Shown here piece after piece: positions 1-11,180 of a stretch of DNA of 35,822 nucleotides; positions within the stretch are counted from its first letter, which is position 1; every line of letters begins with the position of its first letter. The position numbers and the translations under genes were made by a program. Source of the DNA: a virus; the UHGV virus genome UHGV-1355336; one strand, written 5' to 3'. Under the pieces are notes generated by a model that was not told the origin of the DNA, made no database searches, and saw only the letters and a list, made by a program, of their open reading frames with translations.

Positions 1-2
1 GG

Positions 3-386
3 CGTAAGGTTTACGCCCGTTTTCTGGATGCGGTGAACTTCGTCAACGGAAACAGTGACGCCGATCCGGAGCAGGAGGTGATCAGCCGCTGGCGCATTGA
101 GCAGTGCAGCGAACTGAGCGCGGTGAGTGCCTCTTTTGTACTGTCCACGCCGACGGAAACGGACGGCGCTGTTTTTCCGGGACGTATCATGCTGGCCAAC
201 ACCTGCACCTGGACCTATCGCGGCGATGAGTGCGGTTATCACGGTCCGGCGGTCGCGGATGAATATGACCAGCCAACGTCCGATATCACGAAGGATAAAT
301 GCAGCAAATGCCTGAGTGGCTGTAAGTTTCGCAATAACGTCGGCAACTTTGGCGGCTTCCTTTCCATTAACAAACTTTCGCAGTAA
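3..386 (+). CDS. L: Minor tail protein L, C-terminal part (gene starts upstream of window)
   Basis: Translation ...KVYARFLDAVNFVNGNSDADPEQEVISRWRIEQ...CSKCLSGCKFRNNVGNFGGFLSINKLSQ matches the recalled lambda gpL C-terminus; reading frame is open to the window edge. Confidence 0.85.
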   Translation, partial: RKVYARFLDAVNFVNGNSDADPEQEVISRWRIEQCSELSAVSASFVLSTPTETDGAVFPGRIMLANTCTWTYRGDECGYHGPAVADEYDQPTSDITKDKCSKCLSGCKFRNNVGNFGGFLSINKLSQ

Positions 387-391
387 ATCCC

Positions 392-1135
392 ATGACACAG
401 ACAGAATCAGCGATTCTGGCGCACGCCCGGCGATGTGCGCCAGCGGAGTCGTGCGGCTTCGTGGTAAGCACGCCGGAGGGGGAAAGATATTTCCCCTGCG
501 TGAATATCTCCGGTGAGCCGGAGGCGTATTTCCGTATGTCGCCGGAGGACTGGCTGCAGGCAGAAATGCAGGGTGAGATTGTGGCACTGGTCCACAGCCA
601 CCCCGGTGGTCTGCCCTGGCTGAGTGAGGCCGACCGGCGGCTGCAGGTGCAGAGTGATTTGCCGTGGTGGCTGGTCTGCCGGGGGACGATTCATAAGTTC
701 CGCTGTGTGCCGCATCTCACCGGGCGGCGCTTTGAGCACGGGGTGACGGACTGTTACACGCTGTTCCGGGATGCTTATCATCTGGCGGGGATTGAGATAC
801 CGGATTTTCATCGCGAGGATGACTGGTGGCGTCACGGTCAGAATCTCTATCTGGATAATCTGGAGGCCACAGGGCTGTATCAGGTGCCGTTGTCATCAGC
901 ACAATCGGGCGATGTGCTGCTGTGTTGTTTTGGTTCATCGGTGCCGAATCATGCTGCCATTTACTGTGGTGACGGCGAGCTGCTGCACCATATTCCTGAA
1001 CAACTGAGTAAACGAGAGAGGTATACCGACAAATGGCAGCGACGCACACACTCCCTCTGGCGTCACCGGGCATGGCGCGCATCTGCCTTTACGGGGATTT
1101 GCAACGATTTGGCCGCCGCATCGACCTTCGTGTGA
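392..1135 (+). CDS. K: Tail tip assembly protein K (JAB/MPN plus NlpC/P60-like)
   Basis: ATG at 392; MTQTESAILAHARRCAPAESCGFVVST... with HSHPGG (JAMM-like) motif; matches recalled lambda gpK; overlaps I as in lambda. Confidence 0.85.
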   Translation: MTQTESAILAHARRCAPAESCGFVVSTPEGERYFPCVNISGEPEAYFRMSPEDWLQAEMQGEIVALVHSHPGGLPWLSEADRRLQVQSDLPWWLVCRGTIHKFRCVPHLTGRRFEHGVTDCYTLFRDAYHLAGIEIPDFHREDDWWRHGQNLYLDNLEATGLYQVPLSSAQSGDVLLCCFGSSVPNHAAIYCGDGELLHHIPEQLSKRERYTDKWQRRTHSLWRHRAWRASAFTGICNDLAAASTFV

Positions 1136-1704
1136 AAACGGGGGCTGAAGCTATCCGCGCACTGGCCACACAGCTCCCGGTGTTTCGTCAGAAACTGAGC
1201 GACGGCTGGTATCAGGTACGGATTGCCGGGCGGGACGTCAGCACGTCCGGGTTAACGGCGCAGTTACATGAGACTCTGCCTGATGGCGCTGTGATTCATA
1301 TTGTTCCCAGAGTCGCCGGGGCCAAGTCAGGTGGCGTATTCCAGATTGTTCTGGGGGCTGCCGCCATTGCCGGATCATTCTTTACTGCCGGAGCCACCCT
1401 TGCAGCATGGGGGGCAGCCATTGGGGCCGGTGGTATGACCGGTATCCTGTTTTCTCTCGGTGCCAGTATGGTACTTGGTGGTGTGGCGCAGATGCTGGCA
1501 CCGAAAGCCAGAACTCCCCGTACACAGACAACGGATAACGGTAAGCAGAACACCTATTTCTCCTCACTGGATAACATGGTTGCCCAGGGCAATGTTCTGC
1601 CTGTTCTGTACGGTGAAATGCGCGTGGGGTCACGGGTGGTTTCTCAGGAGATCAGCACGGCAGACGAAGGGGATGGTGGTCAGGTTGTGGTGATTGGTCG
1701 CTGA
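1033..1704 (+). CDS. I: Tail assembly protein I
   Basis: 223 aa, MAATHTLPLASPGMARICLYGDLQRFGRRIDLRVKTG..., Gly/Ala-rich hydrophobic C-terminal half; same length and sequence character as lambda gpI. Confidence 0.85.
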   Translation: MAATHTLPLASPGMARICLYGDLQRFGRRIDLRVKTGAEAIRALATQLPVFRQKLSDGWYQVRIAGRDVSTSGLTAQLHETLPDGAVIHIVPRVAGAKSGGVFQIVLGAAAIAGSFFTAGATLAAWGAAIGAGGMTGILFSLGASMVLGGVAQMLAPKARTPRTQTTDNGKQNTYFSSLDNMVAQGNVLPVLYGEMRVGSRVVSQEISTADEGDGGQVVVIGR

Positions 1705-1722
1705 TGCAAAACATTTTATGTG

Positions 1723-1750
1723 AAACCGCCTGCGGGCGGTTTTGTCGTTT
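1723..1750 (+). terminator. Stem-loop between I and J (AAACCGCC-loop-GGCGGTTT then U-rich); possible attenuator or RNA structure
   Basis: Inverted repeat read directly in the 60-nt I-J spacer; U-tract is interrupted (TTGTCGTTT). Confidence 0.3.
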
Positions 1751-1764
1751 ATGGAGCGTGACGA

Positions 1765-4700
1765 ATGGGTAAAGGCAGCAGTAAGGGGCATACCCCGCGC
1801 GAAGCGAAGGACAACCTGAAATCCACGCAGTTGCTGAGTGTGATTGATGCCATCAGTGAAGGGCCGATTGAAGGTCCGGTGGATGGATTAAAAAGCGTGC
1901 TGCTGAACAGTACGCCGGTGCTGGACAGTGAGGGGAATACCAACATCGCCGGTGTCACGGTGGTGTTCCGGGCTGGTGAGCAGGAGCAGACTCCGCCGGA
2001 GGGATTTGAATCCTCCGGCTCCGAGACGGTGCTGGGTACGGAAGTGAAATACGACACGCCGATCACCCGCACCATCACGTCGGCAAACATCGACCGACTG
2101 CGCTTTACCTTCGGTGTGCAGGCACTGGTGGAAACCACCTCAAAGGGGGACCGGAATCCGTCGGAAGTTCGCCTGCTGGTTCAGATACAGCGTAATGGTG
2201 GCTGGGTGACGGAAAAAGACATCACCATTAAGGGCAAAACCACCTCGCAGTATCTGGCCTCGGTGGTGGTGGATAACCTGCCGCCGCGCCCGTTTAATAT
2301 CCGGATGCGCAGGATGACGCCGGACAGCACCACAGACCAGCTGCAGAACAAAACGCTCTGGTCGTCATACACCGAAATCATCGATGTGAAACAGTGCTAC
2401 CCGAACACGGCACTGGTCGGCGTGCAGGTGGACTCGGAGCAGTTCGGCAGCCAGCAGGTGAGCCGTAATTATCATCTTCGCGGGCGCATTCTGCAGGTGC
2501 CGTCGAACTATAACCCGCAGACGCGGCAATACAGTGGTATCTGGGACGGAACGTTAAAACCGGCATACAGCAACAACATGGCCTGGTGTCTGTGGGATAT
2601 GCTGACCCATCCGCGCTACGGCATGGGGAAACGTCTTGGTGCGGCGGATGTGGACAAATGGGCGCTGTATGTCATCGGCCAGCATTGCGATCAGTCGGTG
2701 CCGGACGGTTTTGGCGGCACGGAGCCGCGCATCACCTGTAATGCGTACCTGACCACACAGCGCAAGGCGTGGGATGTGCTCAGTGATTTCTGCTCGGCGA
2801 TGCGCTGTATGCCGGTATGGAACGGGCAGACGCTGACGTTCGTGCAGGACCGACCGTCGGATAAGGTGTGGACCTATAACCGCAGTAATGTGGTGATGCC
2901 GGATGATGGTGCGCCGTTCCGCTACAGCTTCAGCGCCCTGAAGGACCGCCATAATGCCGTTGAGGTGAACTGGATTGACCCGAATAACGGCTGGGAGACG
3001 GCGACAGAGCTTGTGGAGGACACGCAGGCCATTGCCCGTTACGGTCGTAACGTCACGAAGATGGATGCTTTTGGCTGTACCAGCCGGGGGCAGGCACACC
3101 GCGCCGGGCTGTGGCTGATTAAAACAGAACTGCTGGAAACGCAGACCGTGGACTTCAGCGTGGGTGCCGAAGGGCTTCGCCATGTACCGGGCGATGTCAT
3201 TGAAATCTGCGATGATGACTATGCCGGTATCCGCACCGGCGGGCGCGTGCTGGCGGTAAACAGCCAGACCCGGACGCTGACGCTCGACCGTGAAATCACG
3301 CTGCCATCTTCCGGCACCACGCTGATAAGCCTGGTTGACGGGCAGGGGAGTCCGGTCAGCGTGGAGGTTCAGTCCGTCACCGACGGCGTGAAGGTGAAAG
3401 TGAGCCGTGTTCCTGACGGCGTTGCTGAATACAGCGTATGGGGGCTGAAGCTGCCGACGTTGCGCCAGCGCCTGTTCCGCTGCGTGAGTATCCGTGAGAA
3501 CGACGACGGCACGTATGCCATCACCGCCGTGCAGCATGTACCGGAAAAAGAGGCCATCGTGGATAACGGGGCGCACTTTGACGGCGACCAGAGCGGCACG
3601 GTAAATGGTGTCACGCCGCCAGCGGTGCAGCACCTGACCGCAGAAGTCACCGCAGACAGCGGGGAATACCAGGTGCTGGCCCGCTGGGACACGCCGAAGG
3701 TGGTGAAGGGCGTGAGCTTCCTGCTTCGCCTGACCGTGGCAGCGGATGACGGCCGTGAGCGGCTGGTCAGCACGGCCCGGACGACGGAAACCACTTACCG
3801 CTTCACACAACTGGCGCTGGGGAACTACAGGCTGACAGTCCGGGCAGTAAATGCGTGGGGGCAGCAGGGCGATCCGGCGTCGGTATCGTTCCGGATTGCC
3901 GCACCGGCAGCGCCGTCGCGGATTGAGCTGACGCCGGGCTATTTTCAGATAACCGCCACGCCGCATCTTGCGGTTTATGACCCGACGGTACAGTTTGAGT
4001 TCTGGTTCTCGGAAAAACGGATTGCGGATATCAGGCAGGTTGAAACCACAGCCCGCTATCTTGGCACGGCGCTGTACTGGATAGCCGCCAGTATCAATAT
4101 CAAACCGGGCCATGATTATTATTTTTACGTTCGCAGTGTGAACACCGTTGGCAAATCGGCATTCGTGGAGGCTGTCGGTCAGCCGAGTGATGATGCATCA
4201 GGCTATCTGGATTTTTTCAAAGGCGAGATAGGGAAAACCCATCTGGCTCAGGAGCTGTGGACGCAGATTGATAACGGTCAGCTTGCGCCTGACCTGGCTG
4301 AAATCAGGACGTCCATTACGGATGTCAGCAATGAAATCACGCAGACCGTCAATAAGAAACTGGAAGACCAGAGTGCTGCAATTCAGCAGATACAGAAGGT
4401 TCAGGTTGATACAAATAATAACCTGAACAGCATGTGGGCTGTGAAGCTGCAGCAGATGCAGGACGGACGCCTTTATATCGCGGGTATTGGTGCCGGTATT
4501 GAGAACACCCCTGACGGCATGCAGAGTCAGGTGCTGCTGGCGGCGGACAGGATTGCGATGGTTAATCCTGCGAATGGCAACACAAAACCGATGTTTGTTG
4601 GTCAGGGCGATCAGATATTCATGAACGACGTGTTCCTGAAACGCCTGACGGCTCCCACCATTACCAGCGGTGGAAATCCGCCGGCATTTTCCCTGACACC

Positions 4701-5247
4701 AGACGGAAAGCTGACCGCTAAAAATGCGGATATCAGCGGTAATGTGAATGCAAATTCAGGGACGCTCAACAATGTCACGATTAATGAAAACTGTCAGATT
4801 AAGGGGAAACTGTCAGCCAATCAGATTGAAGGCGATATTGTCAAAACGGTCAGCAAGTCTTTCCCCCGCACGAACAGTTATGCCAGTGGCACCATCACGG
4901 TAAGAATCAGTGATGATCAGAAATTTGACCGGCAGGTCATGATACCGCCAGTGTTATTCCGCGGTGGTAAGCATGAGAATTTCAACAGTAATAACCAACA
5001 GTCATACTGGTATTCAACCTGCCGGTTAAGAGTGACCCGCAATGGTCAGGAGATTTTTAATCAGTCCACGACGGATGCTCAGGGCGTATTTTCCTCAGTT
5101 ATAGATATGCCTGCCGGACAGGGGACGCTGACACTGACATTCACCGTATCTTCATCAGGAGCGAATAACTGGACACCAACAACCAGTATCAGCGATCTGC
5201 TGGTTGTGGTGATGAAAAAATCCACAGCAGGTATCAGTATCAGCTGA
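1765..5247 (+). CDS. J: Tail tip host-specificity protein J (central tail fibre)
   Basis: 1160 aa; N-terminus [54 protein letters not shown] is lambda-J-like; fibronectin-like central repeats; C-terminal ~250 aa diverge from recalled lambda J. Confidence 0.9.
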   Translation: MGKGSSKGHTPREAKDNLKSTQLLSVIDAISEGPIEGPVDGLKSVLLNSTPVLDSEGNTNIAGVTVVFRAGEQEQTPPEGFESSGSETVLGTEVKYDTPITRTITSANIDRLRFTFGVQALVETTSKGDRNPSEVRLLVQIQRNGGWVTEKDITIKGKTTSQYLASVVVDNLPPRPFNIRMRRMTPDSTTDQLQNKTLWSSYTEIIDVKQCYPNTALVGVQVDSEQFGSQQVSRNYHLRGRILQVPSNYNPQTRQYSGIWDGTLKPAYSNNMAWCLWDMLTHPRYGMGKRLGAADVDKWALYVIGQHCDQSVPDGFGGTEPRITCNAYLTTQRKAWDVLSDFCSAMRCMPVWNGQTLTFVQDRPSDKVWTYNRSNVVMPDDGAPFRYSFSALKDRHNAVEVNWIDPNNGWETATELVEDTQAIARYGRNVTKMDAFGCTSRGQAHRAGLWLIKTELLETQTVDFSVGAEGLRHVPGDVIEICDDDYAGIRTGGRVLAVNSQTRTLTLDREITLPSSGTTLISLVDGQGSPVSVEVQSVTDGVKVKVSRVPDGVAEYSVWGLKLPTLRQRLFRCVSIRENDDGTYAITAVQHVPEKEAIVDNGAHFDGDQSGTVNGVTPPAVQHLTAEVTADSGEYQVLARWDTPKVVKGVSFLLRLTVAADDGRERLVSTARTTETTYRFTQLALGNYRLTVRAVNAWGQQGDPASVSFRIAAPAAPSRIELTPGYFQITATPHLAVYDPTVQFEFWFSEKRIADIRQVETTARYLGTALYWIAASINIKPGHDYYFYVRSVNTVGKSAFVEAVGQPSDDASGYLDFFKGEIGKTHLAQELWTQIDNGQLAPDLAEIRTSITDVSNEITQTVNKKLEDQSAAIQQIQKVQVDTNNNLNSMWAVKLQQMQDGRLYIAGIGAGIENTPDGMQSQVLLAADRIAMVNPANGNTKPMFVGQGDQIFMNDVFLKRLTAPTITSGGNPPAFSLTPDGKLTAKNADISGNVNANSGTLNNVTINENCQIKGKLSANQIEGDIVKTVSKSFPRTNSYASGTITVRISDDQKFDRQVMIPPVLFRGGKHENFNSNNQQSYWYSTCRLRVTRNGQEIFNQSTTDAQGVFSSVIDMPAGQGTLTLTFTVSSSGANNWTPTTSISDLLVVVMKKSTAGISIS

Positions 5248-5264
5248 ATTTTATAACCCAGAAC

Positions 5265-5290
5265 GGGCGTCAGAAATGACGCCTTTTTTA
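5265..5290 (+). terminator. Rho-independent terminator after J
   Basis: GGCGTCA-GAAA-TGACGCC hairpin followed by TTTTTT, 18 nt after the J stop. Confidence 0.6.
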
Positions 5291-5313
5291 TTGCAGAAAA
5301 GCGAGAGGTAATT

Positions 5314-5913
5314 ATGCGTAAACTTTATGCCGCCATTTTGTCCGCAGCCATTTGTCTGGCCGTATCCGGTGCGCCTGCATGGGCGTCTGAACATCAGTCC
5401 ACGCTGAGCGCGGGGTATCTTCATGCCCGGACGAACGTTCCCGGCAGTGATGATCTGAACGGGATTAACGTGAAATACCGTTATGAGTTTACGGACACAC
5501 TGGGGATGGTGACGTCGTTCAGCTATGCAGGAGACAAGAATCGCCAGATTACCCGTTACAGCGATACCCGCTGGCATGAAGATTCCGTTCGTAACCGCTG
5601 GTTCAGCGTAATGGCGGGGCCGTCTGTGCGCGTGAATGAATGGTTCAGCGCGTATGCGATGGCGGGTGTGGCTTACAGCCGTGTGTCGACTTTCTCCGGG
5701 GATTATCTCCGCGTAACTGACAACAAGGGGAAAAAGCACGATGTGCTGACCGGAAGTGATGACGGTCGCCACAGCAACACGTCTCTGGCGTGGGGAGCTG
5801 GCGTGCAGTTTAACCCGACCGAATCCGTGGCCATTGATGTCGCTTATGAAGGCTCCGGCAGTGGTGACTGGCGCACTGACGGGTTCATCGTGGGTGTTGG
5901 TTATAAATTCTGA
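5314..5913 (+). CDS. lom: Lom outer-membrane protein (Ail/Lom/OmpX family)
   Basis: 199 aa, signal peptide [24 protein letters not shown], beta-barrel pattern ending ...FIVGVGYKF; canonical position after J. Confidence 0.9.
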   Translation: MRKLYAAILSAAICLAVSGAPAWASEHQSTLSAGYLHARTNVPGSDDLNGINVKYRYEFTDTLGMVTSFSYAGDKNRQITRYSDTRWHEDSVRNRWFSVMAGPSVRVNEWFSAYAMAGVAYSRVSTFSGDYLRVTDNKGKKHDVLTGSDDGRHSNTSLAWGAGVQFNPTESVAIDVAYEGSGSGDWRTDGFIVGVGYKF

Positions 5914-5939
5914 TTAGCCAGGTAACACAGTGTTATGAC

Positions 5940-5967
5940 AGCCCGCCGGTTCAGGCGGGCTTTTTTG
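5940..5967 (+). terminator. Rho-independent terminator after lom
   Basis: GCCCGCC-GGTTCA-GGCGGGC hairpin followed by TTTTTT. Confidence 0.65.
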
Positions 5968-5977
5968 TGGGGTGAAT

Positions 5978-8900
5978 ATGGCAGTAAAAATTTCAGGTGT
6001 ACTGAAAGACGGCACAGGAAAACCGGTACAGAACTGCACAATCCAGCTGAAAGCAAAACGTAACAGTACCACGGTGGTGGTGAACACGCTGGCATCTGAA
6101 AATCCGGATGAAGCCGGGCGTTACAGTATGGACGTTGAGTACGGTCAGTACAGCGTTATTCTGTTGGTGGAAGGATTCCCGCCGTCACATGCCGGGACCA
6201 TCACCGTGTATGAAGACTCACAACCGGGTACGCTGAATGATTTTCTCGGTGCCATGACGGAGGATGATGCCCGTCCGGAGGCACTGCGCCGTTTTGAGCT
6301 GATGGTGGAAGAGGTGGCGCGTAACGCGTCCGTGGTGGCACAGAACACGGCAGCCGCGAAGAAGTCAGCCAGCGATGCCGGCACATCAGCCCGTGAGGCG
6401 GCAACCCATGCGACTGATGCTGCAGGCTCAGCAAGCGCAGCCAGCACGTCAGCCGGACAGGCCGCGTCGTCGGCTCAGTCAGCATCTTCCAGCGCAGGAA
6501 CGGCATCAACAAAGGCCAGTGAAGCATCGAAAAGTGCTGCTGCTGCAGAGTCCTCAAAAAGCGCGGCAGCTACCAGTGCCGCTGCGGCGAAAACGTCAGA
6601 AACGAATGCGGCAGCGTCACAACAATCAGCAGCCACTTCTGCATCCGCCGCGACCACGAAGGCGTCAGAAGCAGCCACCTCAGCCCGGGATGCGGCGGCC
6701 TCAAAAGAGGCAGCGAAATCATCAGAAACGAACGCATCCTCGAGCGCCAGTAGTGCCGCTTCCTCGGCAACGGCGGCAGGCAATTCCGCGAAGGCGGCAA
6801 AGACGTCTGAGACAAACGCCAGGTCTTCTGAAACGGCAGCGGAACAGAGTGCCTCAGCTGCGGCAGGCTCAAAAACAGCGGCTGCGTCGTCTGCCAGTGC
6901 AGCGTCAACAAGTGCCGGGCAGGCCTCAGCCAGTGCTAGCGCCGCCGGAAAATCGGCAGAAAGCGCCGCATCGTCCGCTTCAACAGCCACAACGAAGGCT
7001 GGCGAAGCCACTGAACAGGCCAGCGCAGCAGCGAGGTCTGCTTCCGCAGCGAAGACATCCGAGACGAACGCGAAAGCGTCGGAAACCAGCGCAGAATCCT
7101 CAAAAACGGCTGCCGCATCGTCCGCCAGTTCGGCGGCGTCATCGGCATCATCTGCGTCTGCTTCAAAAGATGAGGCGACCAGACAGGCATCAGCAGCGAA
7201 AGGCAGCGCCACGACGGCATCCACGAAGGCGACAGAGGCAGCTGGTAGTGCGACGGCGGCAGCTCAGAGCAAAAGTACGGCGGAATCCGCGGCAACGCGC
7301 GCCGAGACAGCAGCAAAACGGGCAGAGGATATTGCATCCGCCGTGGCGCTTGAGGATGCAAGTACGACGAAAAAGGGGATAGTACAGCTCAGCAGTGCGA
7401 CCAACAGTACGTCTGAAACGCTGGCGGCAACGCCAAAGGCAGTAAAATCAGCCTATGACAATGCAGAGAAACGTCTGCAGAAAGACCAGAACGGCGCTGA
7501 TATACCCGATAAGGGACGCTTCCTGAACAACATTAACGCGGTCAGTAAAACAGACTTTGCTGATAAGCGTGGTATGCGTTATGTGCGGGTTAACGCTCCT
7601 GCAGGTGCAACATCTGGAAAATATTACCCTGTTGTTGTTATGCGTTCTGCTGGCTCAGTAAGCGAACTGGCATCAAGGGTCATTATCACCACGGCAACGC
7701 GAACCGCAGGCGATCCGATGAATAACTGCGAGTTTAACGGATTTGTTATGCCTGGTGGCTGGACTGACAGGGGGCGTTATGCTTATGGCATGTTCTGGCA
7801 ATATCAAAACAATGAACGAGCCATCCACTCAATAATGATGAGTAATAAGGGCGATGATTTGCGCTCTGTGTTCTATGTTGATGGCGCTGCTTTCCCTGTT
7901 TTTGCGTTTATCGAAGATGGCCTGTCAATATCCGCACCTGGTGCTGATCTCGTTGTTAATGATACGACCTATAAGTTTGGGGCAACAAATCCGGCGACTG
8001 AATGTATCGCGGCGGACGTTATCCTTGATTTTAAGAGTGGGCGTGGTTTTTATGAGTCTCATTCGTTAATCGTTAACGATAACTTGTCGTGCAAAAAACT
8101 TTTTGCCACAGACGAAATTGTAGCGCGTGGTGGTAATCAGATTCGAATGATAGGTGGGGAGTATGGGGCATTATGGCGTAATGATGGCGCTAAAACTTAC
8201 CTGCTGCTTACCAATCAAGGTGATGTTTATGGTGGATGGAATACATTAAGACCGTTTGCTATTGATAACGCAACCGGCGAACTGGTTATTGGAACCAAGC
8301 TGTCTGCAAGTCTGAACGGTAACGCATTGACAGCAACAAAGCTGCAAACGCCAAGACGGGTTTCTGGTGTTGAGTTTGATGGTTCCAGAGATATTACTTT
8401 AACCGCCGCGCATGTGGCTGCTTTTGCCAGAAGGGCAACGGATACGTATGCCGATGCGGATGGGGGCGTTCCATGGAATGCCGAATCAGGCGCTTACAAT
8501 GTCACCCGCTCTGGCGACAGCTATATTCTGGTTAACTTCTATACCGGAGTCGGAAGTTGCCGGACCTTGCAGATGAAGGCACATTACAGAAATGGAGGTC
8601 TGTTCTACCGTTCCTCAAGAGATGGCTATGGTTTTGAGGAAGACTGGGCAGAAGTTTATACCTCGAAAAATCTTCCACCAGAAAGCTACCCAGTCGGCGC
8701 ACCAATCCCGTGGCCATCAGATACCGTTCCGTCTGGTTATGCCCTGATGCAGGGGCAGACTTTTGACAAATCTGCTTACCCGAAACTTGCAGTTGCTTAT
8801 CCGTCAGGCGTGATCCCTGATATGCGTGGCTGGACGATTAAGGGCAAGCCCGCCAGTGGTCGTGCCGTATTGTCTCAGGAACAGGACGGCATTAAATCGC

Positions 8901-9328
8901 ACACCCACAGCGCCAGCGCATCCAGTACGGATTTGGGGACGAAAACCACATCGTCGTTTGATTACGGCACTAAATCCACGAATAACACTGGTGCGCATAC
9001 CCATAGTGTTAGCGGTACGGCTGCTTCAGCCGGTGCACATACCCATTCGATGACATTTGTTTCAGGTGGTTCCAGTGGTGCTCCGGGAAGTGGATCACCT
9101 GATTATTCTAAATACAGTGTTAACACTTCTTCTGCAGGCGCTCATACGCACTCTGTATCGGGTACTGCTGCAAGCGCAGGTGCACACGCACATACTGTCG
9201 GTATTGGTGCTCATACGCACTCCGTTGCGATTGGTTCACATGGACATACCATCACCGTTAACGCTGCTGGTAACGCGGAAAACACCGTCAAAAACATCGC
9301 ATTTAACTATATTGTGAGGCTTGCATAA
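5978..9328 (+). CDS. stf: Side tail fibre protein (Stf/StfR-like) with Ala/Ser-rich repeat rod and His-rich C-terminal domain
   Basis: ATG at 5978 gives [27 protein letters not shown]... (lambda Stf-like N-terminus); ~330 aa of low-complexity A/S/T repeats with recurring KTSETNA units; C-terminus has repeated GAHTHS / HxH motifs. Confidence 0.85.
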   Translation: MAVKISGVLKDGTGKPVQNCTIQLKAKRNSTTVVVNTLASENPDEAGRYSMDVEYGQYSVILLVEGFPPSHAGTITVYEDSQPGTLNDFLGAMTEDDARPEALRRFELMVEEVARNASVVAQNTAAAKKSASDAGTSAREAATHATDAAGSASAASTSAGQAASSAQSASSSAGTASTKASEASKSAAAAESSKSAAATSAAAAKTSETNAAASQQSAATSASAATTKASEAATSARDAAASKEAAKSSETNASSSASSAASSATAAGNSAKAAKTSETNARSSETAAEQSASAAAGSKTAAASSASAASTSAGQASASASAAGKSAESAASSASTATTKAGEATEQASAAARSASAAKTSETNAKASETSAESSKTAAASSASSAASSASSASASKDEATRQASAAKGSATTASTKATEAAGSATAAAQSKSTAESAATRAETAAKRAEDIASAVALEDASTTKKGIVQLSSATNSTSETLAATPKAVKSAYDNAEKRLQKDQNGADIPDKGRFLNNINAVSKTDFADKRGMRYVRVNAPAGATSGKYYPVVVMRSAGSVSELASRVIITTATRTAGDPMNNCEFNGFVMPGGWTDRGRYAYGMFWQYQNNERAIHSIMMSNKGDDLRSVFYVDGAAFPVFAFIEDGLSISAPGADLVVNDTTYKFGATNPATECIAADVILDFKSGRGFYESHSLIVNDNLSCKKLFATDEIVARGGNQIRMIGGEYGALWRNDGAKTYLLLTNQGDVYGGWNTLRPFAIDNATGELVIGTKLSASLNGNALTATKLQTPRRVSGVEFDGSRDITLTAAHVAAFARRATDTYADADGGVPWNAESGAYNVTRSGDSYILVNFYTGVGSCRTLQMKAHYRNGGLFYRSSRDGYGFEEDWAEVYTSKNLPPESYPVGAPIPWPSDTVPSGYALMQGQTFDKSAYPKLAVAYPSGVIPDMRGWTIKGKPASGRAVLSQEQDGIKSHTHSASASSTDLGTKTTSSFDYGTKSTNNTGAHTHSVSGTAASAGAHTHSMTFVSGGSSGAPGSGSPDYSKYSVNTSSAGAHTHSVSGTAASAGAHAHTVGIGAHTHSVAIGSHGHTITVNAAGNAENTVKNIAFNYIVRLA

Positions 9329-9912
9329 TGGCATTCAGAATGAGTGAACAACCACGGACCATAAAAATTTATAATCTGCTGGCCGGAACTAATGAATTTA
9401 TTGGTGAAGGTGACGCATATATTCCGCCTCATACAGGTCTGCCAGCAAACAGTACCGATATTGCACCGCCAGATATTCCGGCAGGCTTCGTGGCTGTTTT
9501 CAACAGTGATGAGGCATCGTGGCATCTCGTTGAAGATCATCGGGGTAAAACGGTTTATGACGTGGCTTCCGGCGACGCGTTATTTATTTCTGAACTCGGT
9601 CCGTTACCGGAAAATGCCACTTGGTTATCCCCGGAAGGGGAGTTTCAGAAGTGGAACGGCACAGCCTGGGTGAAAGATGCAGAAGCAGAAAAACTATTCC
9701 GGATCCGGGAGGCGGAAGAAACAAAAAACAGCCTGATGCAGGCAGCGAATGAGCATATTGCGCCACTTCAGGATGCTGTAGATCTGGAAATCGCAACGGA
9801 GGAAGAAACCTTGTTGCTGGAAGCCTGGAAAAAGTATCGGGTGTTGCTGAACCGTGTTGATACATCAACTGCACCTGATATTGAGTGGCCTACGAACCCT
9901 GTCAGGGAGTAA
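9328..9912 (+). CDS. tfa: Tail fibre assembly chaperone Tfa
   Basis: 194 aa, start overlaps stf stop (TAATG); [54 protein letters not shown]... is typical Tfa. Confidence 0.85.
   Translation: MAFRMSEQPRTIKIYNLLAGTNEFIGEGDAYIPPHTGLPANSTDIAPPDIPAGFVAVFNSDEASWHLVEDHRGKTVYDVASGDALFISELGPLPENATWLSPEGEFQKWNGTAWVKDAEAEKLFRIREAEETKNSLMQAANEHIAPLQDAVDLEIATEEETLLLEAWKKYRVLLNRVDTSTAPDIEWPTNPVRE
9751..9867 (+). repeat. Direct repeat copy 1 (3' part of tfa); copy 2 lies in the downstream tfa fragment
   Basis: [30 protein letters not shown] coding stretch recurs near-identically at ~10800-10913. Confidence 0.6.
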
Positions 9913-9966
9913 TCATTGGGATTATGCCGCAGCACGTCTTAAGCAAGAACGTGCTGCGGTTGGATG

Positions 9967-10635
9967 CTATTTTTTCCCTGAAGCGGAAAACATTACTACA
10001 GTACCTTGAACCTTGGTTTTAACATTCTCGAAATGCTCTGAGAGTATATGTGTTAAGCCTTCTTCGGAATCTTTTGTGTTTGAAAAGATACCTTTCTGAT
10101 TGTAAATGCGCATCAGTTTTTGACCGAAGCTATTGTGCACAACTCCATCGCCAAGAATTGTGGCTCCGTATAGAGTTCCATCGTCAGTTAAGGCCTGCGC
10201 CGCATTGCGTATTACACAGCTTTTTGTAGATATATTTCCAGGCAGGCAGTGAAGAAGGTAAAACATGGAAATGGAATCAAATTGACCATGTAACGCCGCG
10301 GGATAAGGTTCAAAAACATCATGGCTAATTTTATGTTTAATTTTTGATTCCCCAGCCCTTGTAGATGCCGCGTTCAGGCTAGCTTCGTTCAAATCCATTA
10401 AAGATATCAGACTACTCTCAGGTACGTGAGTAAGGTAAAAACCAGTTCCAACACCAATATCCAGATGGTTGTTACCTAAATGTTCCAGAAAGTGTGGAAG
10501 AAGGTGTTCCTTTGTAGGACATCCCCATGCAAGCCGATTTGATACTCCCAAAACCCACCAGTCATAAAGCTTTAGGGTAAGTGGTGTGTAAATTTTAGCC
10601 CCATCATCTGTGTTTTTTTTCATTAATTTCACCAT
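9967..10635 (-). CDS. Class I SAM-dependent methyltransferase (small-molecule/protein type); resembles K-12 DLP12 ybcY but apparently intact
   Basis: 222 aa with motif I LDIGVGTGFYL; sits between tfa and a tfa fragment, the recalled ybcY position. Confidence 0.6.
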   Translation of the reverse strand: MVKLMKKNTDDGAKIYTPLTLKLYDWWVLGVSNRLAWGCPTKEHLLPHFLEHLGNNHLDIGVGTGFYLTHVPESSLISLMDLNEASLNAASTRAGESKIKHKISHDVFEPYPAALHGQFDSISMFYLLHCLPGNISTKSCVIRNAAQALTDDGTLYGATILGDGVVHNSFGQKLMRIYNQKGIFSNTKDSEEGLTHILSEHFENVKTKVQGTVVMFSASGKK

Positions 10636-10691
10636 GTTATAGTTTTATTTGTGAATTAAATCAATTATGGCGATGAATTACAAGGGGTTAA

Positions 10692-10997
10692 ATGCTGCCG
10701 CAGCATAGCGATATTGAAATAGCCTGGTATGCTTCGATACAGCAGGAGCCGAATGGCTGGAAGACCGTCACCACACAGTTCTACATCCAGGAATTCAGTG
10801 AGTATATTGCGCCACTGCAGGATGCTGTAGATCTGGAAATCGCAACGGAGGAAGAAAGATCGTTGCTGGAGGCATGGAATAAATATCGGGTGTTGTTGAA
10901 TCGAGTTGATACATCAGTAGCTCTGGGTATGAAGCTGTTTGTAACTCATGTTACAGTAACAGCCATTACTATCTCGAGGGTGCAAAATGTATATTGA
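10692..10997 (+). pseudogene. Tail fibre assembly gene fragment (tfaX-like remnant)
   Basis: Only the C-terminal Tfa-homologous block ([39 protein letters not shown]) is present; N-terminal part unrelated; track start is a non-ATG codon. Confidence 0.6.
10800..10913 (+). repeat. Direct repeat copy 2 (tfa 3' homology)
   Basis: Near-identical to 9751-9867 at nucleotide level (tattgcgccacttcaggatgctgtagatctggaaatcgcaacggaggaagaaa). Confidence 0.6.
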
Positions 10998-11124
10998 TTT
11001 GATATTTTATAAATTTACTTCGAATCTGGCACGTCAACTTTTGATTAAAGTAATATCAGTTTTCGGCGAAAAAAGGACCGTGTACATGAGACGATTTCAT
11101 ACAAGAATAACAAAAATATGAATA

Positions 11125-11160
11125 TGCTCCCAATGCAATATATGTTTTGCATTGGGAGCA
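11125..11160. terminator. 14-bp perfect-stem hairpin 20 nt downstream of the hydrolase gene
   Basis: TGCTCCCAATGCAA-tatatgtt-TTGCATTGGGAGCA; AT-rich flanks on both sides. Confidence 0.45.
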
Positions 11161-11180
11161 AATAGCGGAATATTTTGAAA

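Noticed and set aside
2554-4113. 519-aa ORF on the - strand inside J
   Set aside because: Entirely antisense to the well-supported J gene; Arg-rich junk-like translation typical of antisense frames of GC-rich genes.
6145-7382. Long alternative-frame ORFs on both strands (6145-6447, 6201-6557, 6375-7382, 6475-7224, 6570-6911, 6936-7361) overlapping the stf repeat region
   Set aside because: Their translations are extreme low-complexity (poly-R/Q/P or poly-A/D) mirror images of the stf Ala/Ser repeats, i.e. frame artefacts of a repetitive GC-rich coding region.
9328-10997. Invertible tail-fibre segment (Gin/Pin/Cin-type shufflon)
   Set aside because: The two tfa-homologous segments are direct, not inverted, repeats and no DNA invertase gene is present.
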